64,000 nucleotides of DNA, taken from sequence record PZ534511.1; one strand, written 5' to 3'. Positions 30,923 through 40,703 of this stretch are shown in pieces; positions within the stretch are counted from its first letter, which is position 1; every line of letters starts with the position of its first letter. The translations under genes were made by a program, and so were the position numbers. The notes beneath the pieces were generated by a model. It did not search any database. It saw only the letters and a program-made list of their open reading frames with translations, and was not told the origin of the DNA. This DNA is from a phage.

Positions 30923-33259
30923 TTACCAAAGGTCGGTAGACATGAAGTTGATATCTTTATTGTTCTCCCACTCAAGTTTTGCATCAAATATTTTGTTAAA
31001 CTCACCCTCATCTATTGAAATCGTGATTTTCCCATCACTGATCTCTAAAGGTAGCATTTCCATAGTTCTTAATTGAGAAGCAAAACCAGGGCCACCCGGC
31101 AACGGAAGAGTCCCGCCCGGTAAGGTGTCCAAAGGATTAACAAACCCGTTACCTCCCGATATGATATCTTTGCGAATCATATCGCTGATAGTATCCAGCT
31201 GCTGATTTCTTTCACTTAGTGGGTTGTAACGGTCATTAAATAATTCCCCGGCGCTTAGTATTGTACCGATAATGCCCAGCTTACCGAGCAGACCAACTTT
31301 GCCACCAGGTGTCTTGAGGCCACCTCCACCTTTTCCTGCCGGAGCTCCACCACCAGATCCTTCTGTAGTAGCGGCACCCGCTGCTCCAGCTGCACCCCTT
31401 AGAGAGTTAAGGAATTTAAAGGTTTTTACAAGCATAGATGCCATGACAAAACCTTTTGTTAGGGCGTTGACGACCAGCATGATGGCAGCAGCAAACCCTG
31501 CCCATTTAGCATAGCTAAAGGTGTCATGAAGCTCTTCAGAATATTCCTTCGTCTTGGCTGTTATGAACCCCCATTTAATCCCCCATTCAAGGAAAAACAT
31601 GCGGATCTTGACTATAGTGTTGTTTAGTTCACCAACTACCCAGTTAAGGCCTCTCACAAACCCGCTAACAAAATCACCAGAGGCATCCCACACAAATTGC
31701 AGAGTCTCACCCGTGCGGATCAGTGTATAATAGAACTCTGTTAGTTCGTCAGACCAACGGGTGAACAGTTTCTGACGAGTCAGTTCGATGAAGGTTTTCA
31801 GTCTGTTTTCTGCCAGCACGTTAGACTTCTGCATTCTTTCATAACCAGCTGCAGATGCCTCGTTCATGTACTTAGCCACATACTTCATGATCTTGGCTGT
31901 TTTAACCTCACCTTTCTTCATCATGTCCATGAACTGATCCATGGAGAGTTCAGAAAGACCAAAAGCCTCTTTGGTGGCCTTGATAAAAGGTTCGTATGCA
32001 CCAGGCAATGCTTCAGCAAGTTGTTGCTTCAGTTCTTCGGACATTACTTGCCCTTTACCGAGCATTTGCTGGATTGCCATAATACCGCGCTGGTATTTTA
32101 CCTCATCGGCACCATAAGCAGCAGCATACTGGGAGTATGCAGAAAACAGCTCATGCACTTCCTGATTTGTCATCTGGTTTTTGGCGTTTACCGACATCTG
32201 GGCGTAACCTTGAAGACCAGATTTGAGATCAAAACCAAGACGCATAGCCTCTTGCTGGACAAACGCAACCTCACTGTTAGCTTTGTTTGGATCTCCAGTA
32301 ACAGCAGTAAGAGCAGCACTTGCCCCCTCCATCATGTGACCGGATCTATTAACTGCAGCAAATCCAGAAAAAGCTGTATACGCAGCTGTTGCATTAATAA
32401 CAGATCTACGTAAGTCTCTCATGGCATCGCCTAGTGTAAGCGTTTGGCTGGTGGCGCTTTTAAACCCAGACTGCAGCGCTGACAGGTGGGCGTTAAAGGT
32501 TGACTTCTTCATCTCCCCGCGAGCAAACCTGGACTCTAACTCTGAGTATCCTGGCAAGCTTCCACGGAATCCGGCCCCATACTTGGCAGAAAGTCTTATC
32601 GCGGAGTTGTAGAGGTGGGTTCTCCTTGCCTCACGATCCGACATAAGCCTATTATCCATACCAGCTTTACTGTCTCTTCTTAGCTGTCTATGATAACGAT
32701 TCATGGCAGCGGTCTGGGCTTTCACAAGATTAGGATCTGAAGCCACTCCACCCATGTTCGGGTTGCCTGGAATATATCTGAAAGACTTGGCGTTAGCAAG
32801 AACTCTTGCCTTAGGTGCCTTATAACCCCCATAGGATACTGGTGCAGATTTGGCAGCTTTTTTAGCCTCTTTAGCTTGCTGCTGGTAGAACTTACGCATC
32901 CTAGCCATCTCTGGGTTTTTGGCGGTAAGATTGCCTACAGCTTGCCTACGTCTTGCATTCTCCCTACGCTCTATTGCAGCCTTTACTGCAGCCTCTTTCT
33001 TAGCCTGAGCAACGCTCTCCCTGTGCAGTTTAGCATTTGCTTGAGATTGTTGTCTGGCAACACGTTGCATTGTCTGCTGAGTTTTAACCGCCACTGCCTG
33101 CCATCTACTCATGGGGTTGGCTGAGTTAAAATCCTCGCCCAGTTTCCTGAACTCCCTCCCAATACTGCGAATTTTCTCTACAGCTTTTTTGTAGGAGGAG
33201 TTCTCTATCTCAAAGCCAATCTTGTTGACTGTTGTGGCAACTATTTTGTTTGTAGCCAT
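30923..33259 (-). CDS. tail tape measure protein (778 aa)
   Basis: Long, largely alpha-helical composition with Gly-rich tract GAAGAAGAATTEGSGGGAPAGKGGGGLKTPGG; located after tail chaperone genes. Confidence 0.6.
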   Translation of the reverse strand: MATNKIVATTVNKIGFEIENSSYKKAVEKIRSIGREFRKLGEDFNSANPMSRWQAVAVKTQQTMQRVARQQSQANAKLHRESVAQAKKEAAVKAAIERRENARRRQAVGNLTAKNPEMARMRKFYQQQAKEAKKAAKSAPVSYGGYKAPKARVLANAKSFRYIPGNPNMGGVASDPNLVKAQTAAMNRYHRQLRRDSKAGMDNRLMSDREARRTHLYNSAIRLSAKYGAGFRGSLPGYSELESRFARGEMKKSTFNAHLSALQSGFKSATSQTLTLGDAMRDLRRSVINATAAYTAFSGFAAVNRSGHMMEGASAALTAVTGDPNKANSEVAFVQQEAMRLGFDLKSGLQGYAQMSVNAKNQMTNQEVHELFSAYSQYAAAYGADEVKYQRGIMAIQQMLGKGQVMSEELKQQLAEALPGAYEPFIKATKEAFGLSELSMDQFMDMMKKGEVKTAKIMKYVAKYMNEASAAGYERMQKSNVLAENRLKTFIELTRQKLFTRWSDELTEFYYTLIRTGETLQFVWDASGDFVSGFVRGLNWVVGELNNTIVKIRMFFLEWGIKWGFITAKTKEYSEELHDTFSYAKWAGFAAAIMLVVNALTKGFVMASMLVKTFKFLNSLRGAAGAAGAATTEGSGGGAPAGKGGGGLKTPGGKVGLLGKLGIIGTILSAGELFNDRYNPLSERNQQLDTISDMIRKDIISGGNGFVNPLDTLPGGTLPLPGGPGFASQLRTMEMLPLEISDGKITISIDEGEFNKIFDAKLEWENNKDINFMSTDLW

Positions 33260-33313
33260 GGTTTCCTCATAATAAAAAGGGCCAGATCCCAGAAAAGGAA
33301 TCCGGCCCTTAGA

Positions 33314-33562
33314 TTATCCTCTCCTGCGCTTAGCTTTCGCAGCAGCTGCGGCAGCCTTCTGCTCCCGCTCCATTTCCCTGTTTTGGACGGTATCTAGGAA
33401 TTCTTCGATATCAAGATACTCACATAGCTTCAGGAAATACGCCATATCTGCAAGATTTAGCGATTCAAAATTTTCCCCTTTGAAATTCTTGAGCACCCTG
33501 CACCAAAGAAAGTCGAACCAGTTTAGTGAACTGTTCTTGGCTGCCCACTCACTGGCCCTCAC
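33314..33562 (-). CDS. tail assembly chaperone, downstream frame (82 aa as listed)
   Basis: GTG-initiated ORF whose frame stays open upstream into the 3' end of 33574..34047 in the -1 frame. Confidence 0.3.
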   Translation of the reverse strand: MRASEWAAKNSSLNWFDFLWCRVLKNFKGENFESLNLADMAYFLKLCEYLDIEEFLDTVQNREMEREQKAAAAAAKAKRRRG

Positions 33563-33573
33563 AACAACCTTGC

Positions 33574-34047
33574 TTATTCCTGCTCTTCCGGAGTCTGATC
33601 CAGATTGTTCACCTGCTGAATCATACCCATCTGCTGTAACATCTCCAGAAGGCTTCCTAAACCGTCTTGTGTGAAAAAACAGCCGTAGTTAACCTCCAGA
33701 ACCTTACCTGCCAGCTTAATCATCTCCAGCAGATGCCCTGCAAACACAACATCCGGGTTAAGCCTATCCACACCATCTACGGTAATATCTTCGAACAAGA
33801 TTTTAAATAGCTCTTCAATGGAGTTATCATCAAGTTCTTGGAACAGGTAAGCCAGGGCTGTAGGAAGGACCTCTGCCATATTCTGACCACCTGAGAGAAT
33901 AGATCCACCGATAGCACCTAGCGGGACAGCCACAATCTTACCGATTTTAGGCATGTTTTTCATTGCTTTCATCGGCCCCCAGTGGGTGATCACAAAGTTG
34001 TGCCCTGCTAAATCAATCTCTGTTGTAGGTCTAAAGTTTATAGCCAT
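33574..34047 (-). CDS. tail assembly chaperone (157 aa)
   Basis: Acidic C-terminus; position between tube-like gene and tape measure (G/E-like). Confidence 0.35.
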   Translation of the reverse strand: MAINFRPTTEIDLAGHNFVITHWGPMKAMKNMPKIGKIVAVPLGAIGGSILSGGQNMAEVLPTALAYLFQELDDNSIEELFKILFEDITVDGVDRLNPDVVFAGHLLEMIKLAGKVLEVNYGCFFTQDGLGSLLEMLQQMGMIQQVNNLDQTPEEQE

Positions 34048-34209
34048 TTTATAGCATCCTTATTAGTCATGTTGTGCACCATATTTGTGTATTTTACCAT
34101 GATTATGGTGCATTGTCAATTTAACCTTTCAAGCAATTCAAGAACGTGTGTCAAAACCATAAAAGCAAAAAGCCCCACCCGAAGGTGAGGCTTATGCTAA
34201 AGTGTGCCC

Positions 34210-34683
34210 TTAAATAATACCTGCAAGACCTGCGAGGCCAGTAAGAGCACCAGTGATGTTATCACGGTTGAGCCATGCATCCAGAATACCGATATCCCAG
34301 TCCAGTTGACCTACTTCGGTTCCGTAAGTCAGGTCAGGCTGTTTCTGGATCCAACCGATTGTGGAAATACCAGGGCCCTGGCTACCTTCCAGCAGAACCG
34401 GGAAGAATACCAGGCCAGTAATAGATGCCTGTTTCTGCCAGTCAGAAAGGTAAGCGTTCCATACAGAAGTGTTCTGCAAAGATACAGTCATAACACCGGA
34501 TTGGTTACGGGACAGAGCCGCAGACATTTCACCATCCACACCGACGTGAGGATAAATGTTGTCTTCGTTTCTTGAAACAACAATCTTGGTGTCAGCAGCG
34601 AAGCCAGTGACACGCTGCTGCATCAGATACAGTTTGACCTTTTTAGGGTCATACGCATAAGGAGTTAAAATTTGAGTTTCCAT
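34210..34683 (-). CDS. tail tube protein (putative)
   Basis: 157 aa immediately downstream of sheath-like gene. Confidence 0.4.
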   Translation of the reverse strand: METQILTPYAYDPKKVKLYLMQQRVTGFAADTKIVVSRNEDNIYPHVGVDGEMSAALSRNQSGVMTVSLQNTSVWNAYLSDWQKQASITGLVFFPVLLEGSQGPGISTIGWIQKQPDLTYGTEVGQLDWDIGILDAWLNRDNITGALTGLAGLAGII

Positions 34684-34693
34684 CTAGGCTTCC

Positions 34694-36070
34694 TTATTCA
34701 GTCATTGCAACAGCATTGGTGGATTTAGAACCAACTTTGTCCAGAAGGACGTTGATCCGGATACGGACGAAGTGCAGGGCGTTGTTATACACCAGTTCTA
34801 CTTTCACACCTTCCAGAACACGAGCAGCCAACTGATTGGTTGGGATTTCTGCACGTTTAGGAACTGTGATGATCGGGTCGTAGAATACATTATTGTCTTC
34901 GTCGAAACCTGTCAGGATCGCACCATTCTTAATGCCAGTGTTGATTGGGTTGTTCATCAGGACAGACTTGATAACCGGAAGATCATCATCAGACATCTTC
35001 ATGCTTAAACCCATGTTGGAGCGACGATGCATGTACCCAAACATAGATTCTTCAGATCTGAACTTGATCCAGTGTGCAAAACGAATAGCGTCTGCATACT
35101 GACCTGAAGCACACTTACCTTCCCAGAAAGCGCCAACACCGTTAATCATTCTGTAGAAGTTAACGTGGTTTTCCCAAATAGCCATACGCTGAGTTAAAGT
35201 CAGAGACGGTGCAATCACACCTGGCATCTGTTTTAAGTGCAAGCTGTCGCCGTAAGACGGATCGTTGGATGCCATAGCACCTATGATACCACCCTCCGGG
35301 AAGTCCTTATCTGCACGAGGATCGTACATGCCAACACTGTCATATTGTGCAGCCATCAGTTTGGTGGCGATGTTATTATCTTTGCCAGTCACATCTTCTG
35401 CAGTAGAGTAGACATGCAGCTTGTAGTTAGCCTGAGCCCACTTCGCACATGCTTCAATGTCGGTGTGGTCTTCATGGCACAGGAAGTACCAATTGTCACG
35501 CTCAGCATTGATCTTATCAACTACTGTAGAAGGTTTTTCAGCATTGGCGATATTTTTGATTGTATAGTTACCAGTATGATAACCAACAGTACAGTCACCC
35601 GTGATGGTGAGAACACCGTCTTCAGCCGCTACAGTGATATCGTCCAAGTTATCATCTGCTTCGATTTTAGTCTTCATGGACTCTGCAATCTGAGTTGCAC
35701 CTGTTCCACCAGAGATAGGCACTATCAGAGAAGTATTGTAGCCACCTTTTGCAATAGTCATTACGACATCGGTATCAGCTGCGGCAGCAATACCTTTAAA
35801 ATCTACAGTGGTTTTTTCTTTTGCCTGTCTGCCGATCATAACATACTGCGGAGGGAATACACCGCCGAAAGCTTTTGCTGCAAACTCATAAGCTGCAGAG
35901 CCTTGTGCGAAACCGTCTTCCACCATCTGATCCAGCTCAGCATATACACGAGCTCGCTCAGTAAAGTTGTTGTGGATAGCGATGAACAGCGGAGTTTCGA
36001 AACCTACAGTGTCAATAGGCTGGGTTCCGAGGTTAACTGTAACATCTACCACTTTATCTAAATATGGCAT
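34694..36070 (-). CDS. major tail protein, probably contractile sheath (458 aa)
   Basis: Size, operon position before tube and chaperones; C-terminal part (GAFWEGKCASG ... VELVYNNALHFVRIRINV) resembles sheath C-terminal domain from memory. Confidence 0.45.
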   Translation of the reverse strand: MPYLDKVVDVTVNLGTQPIDTVGFETPLFIAIHNNFTERARVYAELDQMVEDGFAQGSAAYEFAAKAFGGVFPPQYVMIGRQAKEKTTVDFKGIAAAADTDVVMTIAKGGYNTSLIVPISGGTGATQIAESMKTKIEADDNLDDITVAAEDGVLTITGDCTVGYHTGNYTIKNIANAEKPSTVVDKINAERDNWYFLCHEDHTDIEACAKWAQANYKLHVYSTAEDVTGKDNNIATKLMAAQYDSVGMYDPRADKDFPEGGIIGAMASNDPSYGDSLHLKQMPGVIAPSLTLTQRMAIWENHVNFYRMINGVGAFWEGKCASGQYADAIRFAHWIKFRSEESMFGYMHRRSNMGLSMKMSDDDLPVIKSVLMNNPINTGIKNGAILTGFDEDNNVFYDPIITVPKRAEIPTNQLAARVLEGVKVELVYNNALHFVRIRINVLLDKVGSKSTNAVAMTE

Positions 36071-36112
36071 TTGTTTCCTCTTAATATCTGTGCACGGATA
36101 TCAAACACGCAG

Positions 36113-36127
36113 TGTAATCATTACACT
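36113..36127. promoter_or_regulatory. perfect 15-bp palindrome upstream of sheath gene
   Basis: gtgtaatcattacac is its own reverse complement; lies in 72-bp gap upstream of 36070 start. Confidence 0.3.
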
Positions 36128-36142
36128 ACACAATTATAACGA

Positions 36143-36694
36143 TTACTGACCACTGTCTGTAACCGCTTTACCAGAATTGGGTGAAGGGAAGTGTGTGGTT
36201 ATTTCAGCCTTAATTCCCTGAAGATCCTCAAAAGCCCCAATGTCTGTTTCAACAAACCTTACGTTAAATGTCAGCATCACAGTGGCTCTATTTTCATACG
36301 TCTGCTTATTCAACGGCACTCTTTGAGGTGAGATTGTTGAATTGTTAGAGTAGGCAAAGCACGATCCCAGAGGGAAATACTTGTCATAAAACATTGGAAG
36401 GTTTATTGCTTGCAATACTCTGCTAAGTGCAGCATATGCTCTGCCACGATAAGCTGTTAACAGATAAGTAACAGTGTAACTGTGGGTGACGTAAGCATTA
36501 CCCTCTGCATCTTGAAACTCATTATCTTCCCAAGTTGTGGGATTGATCGCCAAGGTTTGTAAAAGTACAAACTCACCTTCCGGCTTCGGTATGGTAGAGC
36601 TTTCTGCCAGAACTACAGTTCTTCCTGTGGCAACCTTGACGAGCTTAGCAATGGTTGTTTCAAGATCAGAAAAAACTTTTTCGAAAGCTTCCAT
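36143..36694 (-). CDS. neck/tail completion protein (183 aa)
   Basis: ORF track; between head and tail genes. Confidence 0.3.
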   Translation of the reverse strand: MEAFEKVFSDLETTIAKLVKVATGRTVVLAESSTIPKPEGEFVLLQTLAINPTTWEDNEFQDAEGNAYVTHSYTVTYLLTAYRGRAYAALSRVLQAINLPMFYDKYFPLGSCFAYSNNSTISPQRVPLNKQTYENRATVMLTFNVRFVETDIGAFEDLQGIKAEITTHFPSPNSGKAVTDSGQ

Positions 36695-37119
36695 CAGTTT
36701 TCTCCTTCAGGCTCTTCTACTACAAAAAATCTATATCTCCCACCACCAGAGGTAACATATGCATCGCATTTTAAAACGGTAAACCATTTCAAGTCACCAC
36801 GAATGTCAGGAAGTTGAATTTGATCAGCCATTGCATATGTCCCTTCATCCGGACTATACAACTTGGTTGAAGAGTAAACTGTAAAAGCCTCGTACTGTCT
36901 GTCACCTTCAGGGTTTATTTGAGAGGAGTAATCTTTAGCTGCCCTTCCTGTCAACGGCTGCACAACACACTCTAAGACATCAAACTCTTCATACTCAAGT
37001 TCTAACCCCTCGTTGGCAAAAGGGCCACCAACTGTTTTGTTATACACTCTGTGGCGACCTTTGAATGTTTTACGAGGTATTAGTCTGTTCTTTCCTATCA
37101 GCTTATAACCTGCTGCCAC
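36694..37119 (-). CDS. head-tail joining protein (141 aa)
   Basis: ORF track; operon position. Confidence 0.3.
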   Translation of the reverse strand: MAAGYKLIGKNRLIPRKTFKGRHRVYNKTVGGPFANEGLELEYEEFDVLECVVQPLTGRAAKDYSSQINPEGDRQYEAFTVYSSTKLYSPDEGTYAMADQIQLPDIRGDLKWFTVLKCDAYVTSGGGRYRFFVVEEPEGEN

Positions 37120-37134
37120 TCAACCCCCTTATTT

Positions 37135-37605
37135 TTACTGTCCGATTTTAAAGGTTGCAGATTCAAGCAGCACATCGTAATGCCGCATAGCCTCGTTGAA
37201 GCCCTTTTCTTGTGCCCACTGCTCACTAACAGTAGGATTACTAAACTGCCCAGCCTCAATAACAAACTGGATAGCTTTGGCCCCTGTGTCCCCCATCTGC
37301 TTAAGAATAGCCTCTGCACTTGATCCTCTAGCCATAGCTCTCAACAATTTTTCTGTCAAGGTCTGTAGTTGAGTACTATGAAATGCAAAGGCTGTCTCCA
37401 TGAAATTGCGAACAGGCAGCCCGTTCCAACCGAAGTTGTGAATGGCTGCCAATGTTGCCATATTTAAGCCTGACGGGTGAGGTTCGTCATAAAAGCCGTA
37501 GGTTATTGTTTTACTTTCAAGTCTCACAAGTTCTTTGTAGAAGCGATCTAAACGCTTTAGGTTGAACCTTGTTTGACATTTAACCTTTAGCATTATATCC
37601 CTCAC
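37135..37605 (-). CDS. head-tail connector/completion protein (156 aa)
   Basis: ORF track; operon position. Confidence 0.3.
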   Translation of the reverse strand: MRDIMLKVKCQTRFNLKRLDRFYKELVRLESKTITYGFYDEPHPSGLNMATLAAIHNFGWNGLPVRNFMETAFAFHSTQLQTLTEKLLRAMARGSSAEAILKQMGDTGAKAIQFVIEAGQFSNPTVSEQWAQEKGFNEAMRHYDVLLESATFKIGQ

Positions 37606-37646
37606 TAATGTATTTTACCACAAAGATACATCAAAAGCAACAATTT

Positions 37647-38267
37647 TTAAAAACTGCGTTTGCGTCTTGGGTGGCGAGGAGGTTGGTTATTTAGACCACT
37701 GATAGGTGTAATCCCCTGGACATCGAACGGTCCGTTGCTGTTTTCATTAAATTTAACCCGAATTCCTTCGTCTACACGAACACCACCAATGATAATCATT
37801 CTGCTGTAAGCATCTAGCTCAGAATCTACATAGTCTGGGTGTGCCAGCAGCCAATCAAGGAAATCCTTCCATTGGGCGTAGGAAGATCCACCACGAATCT
37901 CTATGGTCTCATCACCTATTTTTTCCAGACGGGAAGTTATACTTGCATTACCACTGGACACTTCCTGCATCATCAGCCACCGCACAAGCTGCACAAGCAC
38001 ATTGTACTTAAGCAGGGGCAGCTTATCAGGATCTGCCGGATAATTTAGTTTCAACTTCTCCATGTCAAGGAATGTTTTAATTACCTCATCAGGGAGGGTT
38101 TCCTCATCAACATTGCCAAGTAACAACCTCATAATATTAATAAGAGGTTGGTCTGGATCAGGTTCCGGAGGTACAGGATCTTCTTTTGGTGGTTCTTCTG
38201 GGGTATCGACTACACCATCATGGTTAGGCGGTGACGGGATAATCTCTTCATCTTCATACCATGCCAT
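37647..38267 (-). CDS. head-tail adaptor protein (about 206 aa)
   Basis: Start trimmed to ATG at 38265-38267 (MAWYEDEE) with GAGG RBS; track start at 38324 overlaps upstream gene. Confidence 0.3.
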   Translation of the reverse strand: MAWYEDEEIIPSPPNHDGVVDTPEEPPKEDPVPPEPDPDQPLINIMRLLLGNVDEETLPDEVIKTFLDMEKLKLNYPADPDKLPLLKYNVLVQLVRWLMMQEVSSGNASITSRLEKIGDETIEIRGGSSYAQWKDFLDWLLAHPDYVDSELDAYSRMIIIGGVRVDEGIRVKFNENSNGPFDVQGITPISGLNNQPPRHPRRKRSF

Positions 38268-38326
38268 TTGAAAATACCTCGTAAAAATAAAGCCCCATTC
38301 CTGATTTGGAAGGGGCCTTAACAAAA

Positions 38327-39154
38327 TTATGCCAGTGCAGCCTCAAAATCTTTCATCATATTTTGGAAAGTTTTTGCCTTACTTAAGGTAACACCGTACT
38401 CTTTAGCGAAGGCTTGAAGTGCATCTTTTGAACCACTTTTGTCATCTTCGTTGTTAAGAGCTGCGGCCTGTTTAAGGATTTCATCCTTATTCTCAATGGC
38501 TACAAATGAGGAAGAGGATACAGTCACATCTTGCGGATCTGCTACAGTAACTTCACCGTCACCACCAGGTTCAGTAGGACCTACAGGCGGCTCCGGCTCT
38601 GGTTCAGGCGGTGGAGCTATCGTAGAGACCAGTCCAAGATTTACAACCTGAGAACGTTTCTTAGGCCACTCAATGGTGAAAGTTTGGGTATCTTCTTCAT
38701 AAACAATGTTGCATTGCTCATCGTTTATGGTCACTTTTTTAGGCATCCCTACAGGGTCCCATAGATGGCCCTCTGCCACGGAAACTTGGAAAGCAGCATC
38801 TACCTCTTTAAACACTGAAGGAGTTAGTGTGATATTGACATCCCCGCTTTGCAGTGTTAAAGTGCTTTCATCAAGGTTCTCTGTGAAGAACAGAAGAATA
38901 ACACCCATACGGATAGTTGAAATACCAGTATCAATTGGCAGGCCTGTGTGTTTTGCAATCTTCTGGAAGAAGTCTACAATCGTTCTGCATGGATAGTGAA
39001 CACTGCCAATAACGAATTCTGTTGGTGGCAGAAGAGCTGATAAACCAACATTGATTTCTGGATTGTATTGTGCTAAAAATTGATAAAAACTTAACTGATT
39101 GTTGAAAACTCTTAATAGAGGATCATACTCAACTGGATATACGGCTCTCTTCAC
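38327..39154 (-). CDS. head-associated protein with Pro/Glu-rich linker (275 aa)
   Basis: ORF track; PPPEPEPEPPVGPTEPGGDGE linker; downstream of capsid gene. Confidence 0.3.
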   Translation of the reverse strand: MKRAVYPVEYDPLLRVFNNQLSFYQFLAQYNPEINVGLSALLPPTEFVIGSVHYPCRTIVDFFQKIAKHTGLPIDTGISTIRMGVILLFFTENLDESTLTLQSGDVNITLTPSVFKEVDAAFQVSVAEGHLWDPVGMPKKVTINDEQCNIVYEEDTQTFTIEWPKKRSQVVNLGLVSTIAPPPEPEPEPPVGPTEPGGDGEVTVADPQDVTVSSSSFVAIENKDEILKQAAALNNEDDKSGSKDALQAFAKEYGVTLSKAKTFQNMMKDFEAALA

Positions 39155-39174
39155 GGGACACTCCTGTTAAACCC

Positions 39175-39210
39175 TAATAAATAAAAAGGGGAGGGGAGAA
39201 CCCCCTCCCC
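39175..39210 (-). terminator. strong rho-independent terminator after major capsid gene
   Basis: ggggagggg-agaa-cccctcccc hairpin (39188-39210) followed on minus RNA by UUUUUAUUUAUU. Confidence 0.7.
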
Positions 39211-39234
39211 GTATGGGATGAATCACCTTAGTGA

Positions 39235-40245
39235 TTAGCCACCGTTTTTCAGAGTTACTTTAACAACCAGCTCCGGACGGGTGTTAACTGCCAGCATAGA
39301 AGTTTCAGATTCAATCTTCTCTTCACGCAGGTATGCAGAGTGTTTATACCACATATACAGTTCCTGTGCTGGAGTATTTGCTTCGTTAACATCGTCTGCC
39401 GGAGCAAAGTGCAGCTGGAACATCTGATCAATACCCATCGGCAGAATGCGAGCTTCTTTCTTAGGAATATTGCCAGAGATATCTTCGATAAAGGTGATAC
39501 CTTTATGTTCGAACACACGATAAACGCTGTCCTGACCGCCAGCACCCAGACGACGACGCAGAGGTTCCTGAGCAGAGCCGTAGTAGGTGTATGCCAGCTC
39601 TACCAGAGGGTGGTGAGTGATTGCACTGAAGAACTCAGGAGAGCACAGAGCCACGATACGGTAGCCAGCAGCGTTGTCACCAGCTTGCAGGGCGATATGC
39701 AGACGAGCGTCTTCCAGAACTTCCATCGGGTCCTGATCTGCTTTTGCTGGATCGATTTCTACAGATTTCTGATCTACGCCCCACAGAGTGTAGTAGTCAT
39801 ACTGACAGGTTGTGTCACCAGGTGCATAGGATTTACCCAGAATAGCCTGGAACAGCGCTTTCTCACGCAGTGCTTCATGAGAAACACGGATACGGCGAAC
39901 AACGCGGGTTACTACGTCCTGAACAGTTTTCGGAGCATCAGGGGTGAAGTAACGACGGAAGTTCTGAACATCTGCTGCGGTGATGCCTTTGTCCAGAGGG
40001 AAGAACGGGATGTTCAGGTTTTTAACCTGAGCACGTTCACTACCAACGTAGTTACGCTCACCACCACGACGGCGTGCCGGAATGTCGGTTACAACTTCAT
40101 CAACACGCTCAATCTGAGCAATTGTTGAGGTGCCGAGACGGGTTTCGAACAGATCCATACCAGTAATCAGGCGGAATTGACGTGGAACAAGGTCCAGAGT
40201 AGCACCTAAATCAACAATGCCAAATTCATCTTTACGAGTAATCAT
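39235..40245 (-). CDS. major capsid protein (lambda gpE-like family)
   Basis: 336 aa, position after scaffold and decoration-like genes and before strong terminator; size and composition typical of E-family capsid proteins. Confidence 0.55.
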   Translation of the reverse strand: MITRKDEFGIVDLGATLDLVPRQFRLITGMDLFETRLGTSTIAQIERVDEVVTDIPARRRGGERNYVGSERAQVKNLNIPFFPLDKGITAADVQNFRRYFTPDAPKTVQDVVTRVVRRIRVSHEALREKALFQAILGKSYAPGDTTCQYDYYTLWGVDQKSVEIDPAKADQDPMEVLEDARLHIALQAGDNAAGYRIVALCSPEFFSAITHHPLVELAYTYYGSAQEPLRRRLGAGGQDSVYRVFEHKGITFIEDISGNIPKKEARILPMGIDQMFQLHFAPADDVNEANTPAQELYMWYKHSAYLREEKIESETSMLAVNTRPELVVKVTLKNGG

Positions 40246-40293
40246 TTATTTCTCCAAAGTAAAACTTAAATATTTTCCCGAACAATTTAGGAC

Positions 40294-40683
40294 TTACTCT
40301 TCACCAAGAGTCTGGACGTGAACTTTGTTACCCAGAGCTTCCAGCTTTTCAAGAACAGCCTGCTTAGCTGCTTCACCGTTAGACCCCAGCAGCTTATCTT
40401 TTGCAAAGGTAACACCGTGAACTGCAACAACCAGTTTATATTTCTGACCTGTTTGCAGAGGCTCAGCAAGATGAACTTTTCCTGCATCTTTTACCAAAGC
40501 TCGGTCTACAAGAACACCATAAACGTCTGAGCCATCATCGTTAGCGATAGTGCCAGTTTTTGTTACAACAGTACCCGCATGGTGGTGCTCTGTCAGTGTA
40601 ATTTCCATCTCTTTAAAATTGTAGCCAGCATCGCTAGAATCAACTTTGCCGAGCACGATATCAGAATATTGAGCGGTAATCAT
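40294..40683 (-). CDS. head decoration/capsid-associated protein (129 aa)
   Basis: Small protein between scaffold and capsid genes (gpD-like position). Confidence 0.3.
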   Translation of the reverse strand: MITAQYSDIVLGKVDSSDAGYNFKEMEITLTEHHHAGTVVTKTGTIANDDGSDVYGVLVDRALVKDAGKVHLAEPLQTGQKYKLVVAVHGVTFAKDKLLGSNGEAAKQAVLEKLEALGNKVHVQTLGEE

Positions 40684-40703
40684 TTATTTCCCCCGTTAAT
40701 GTC

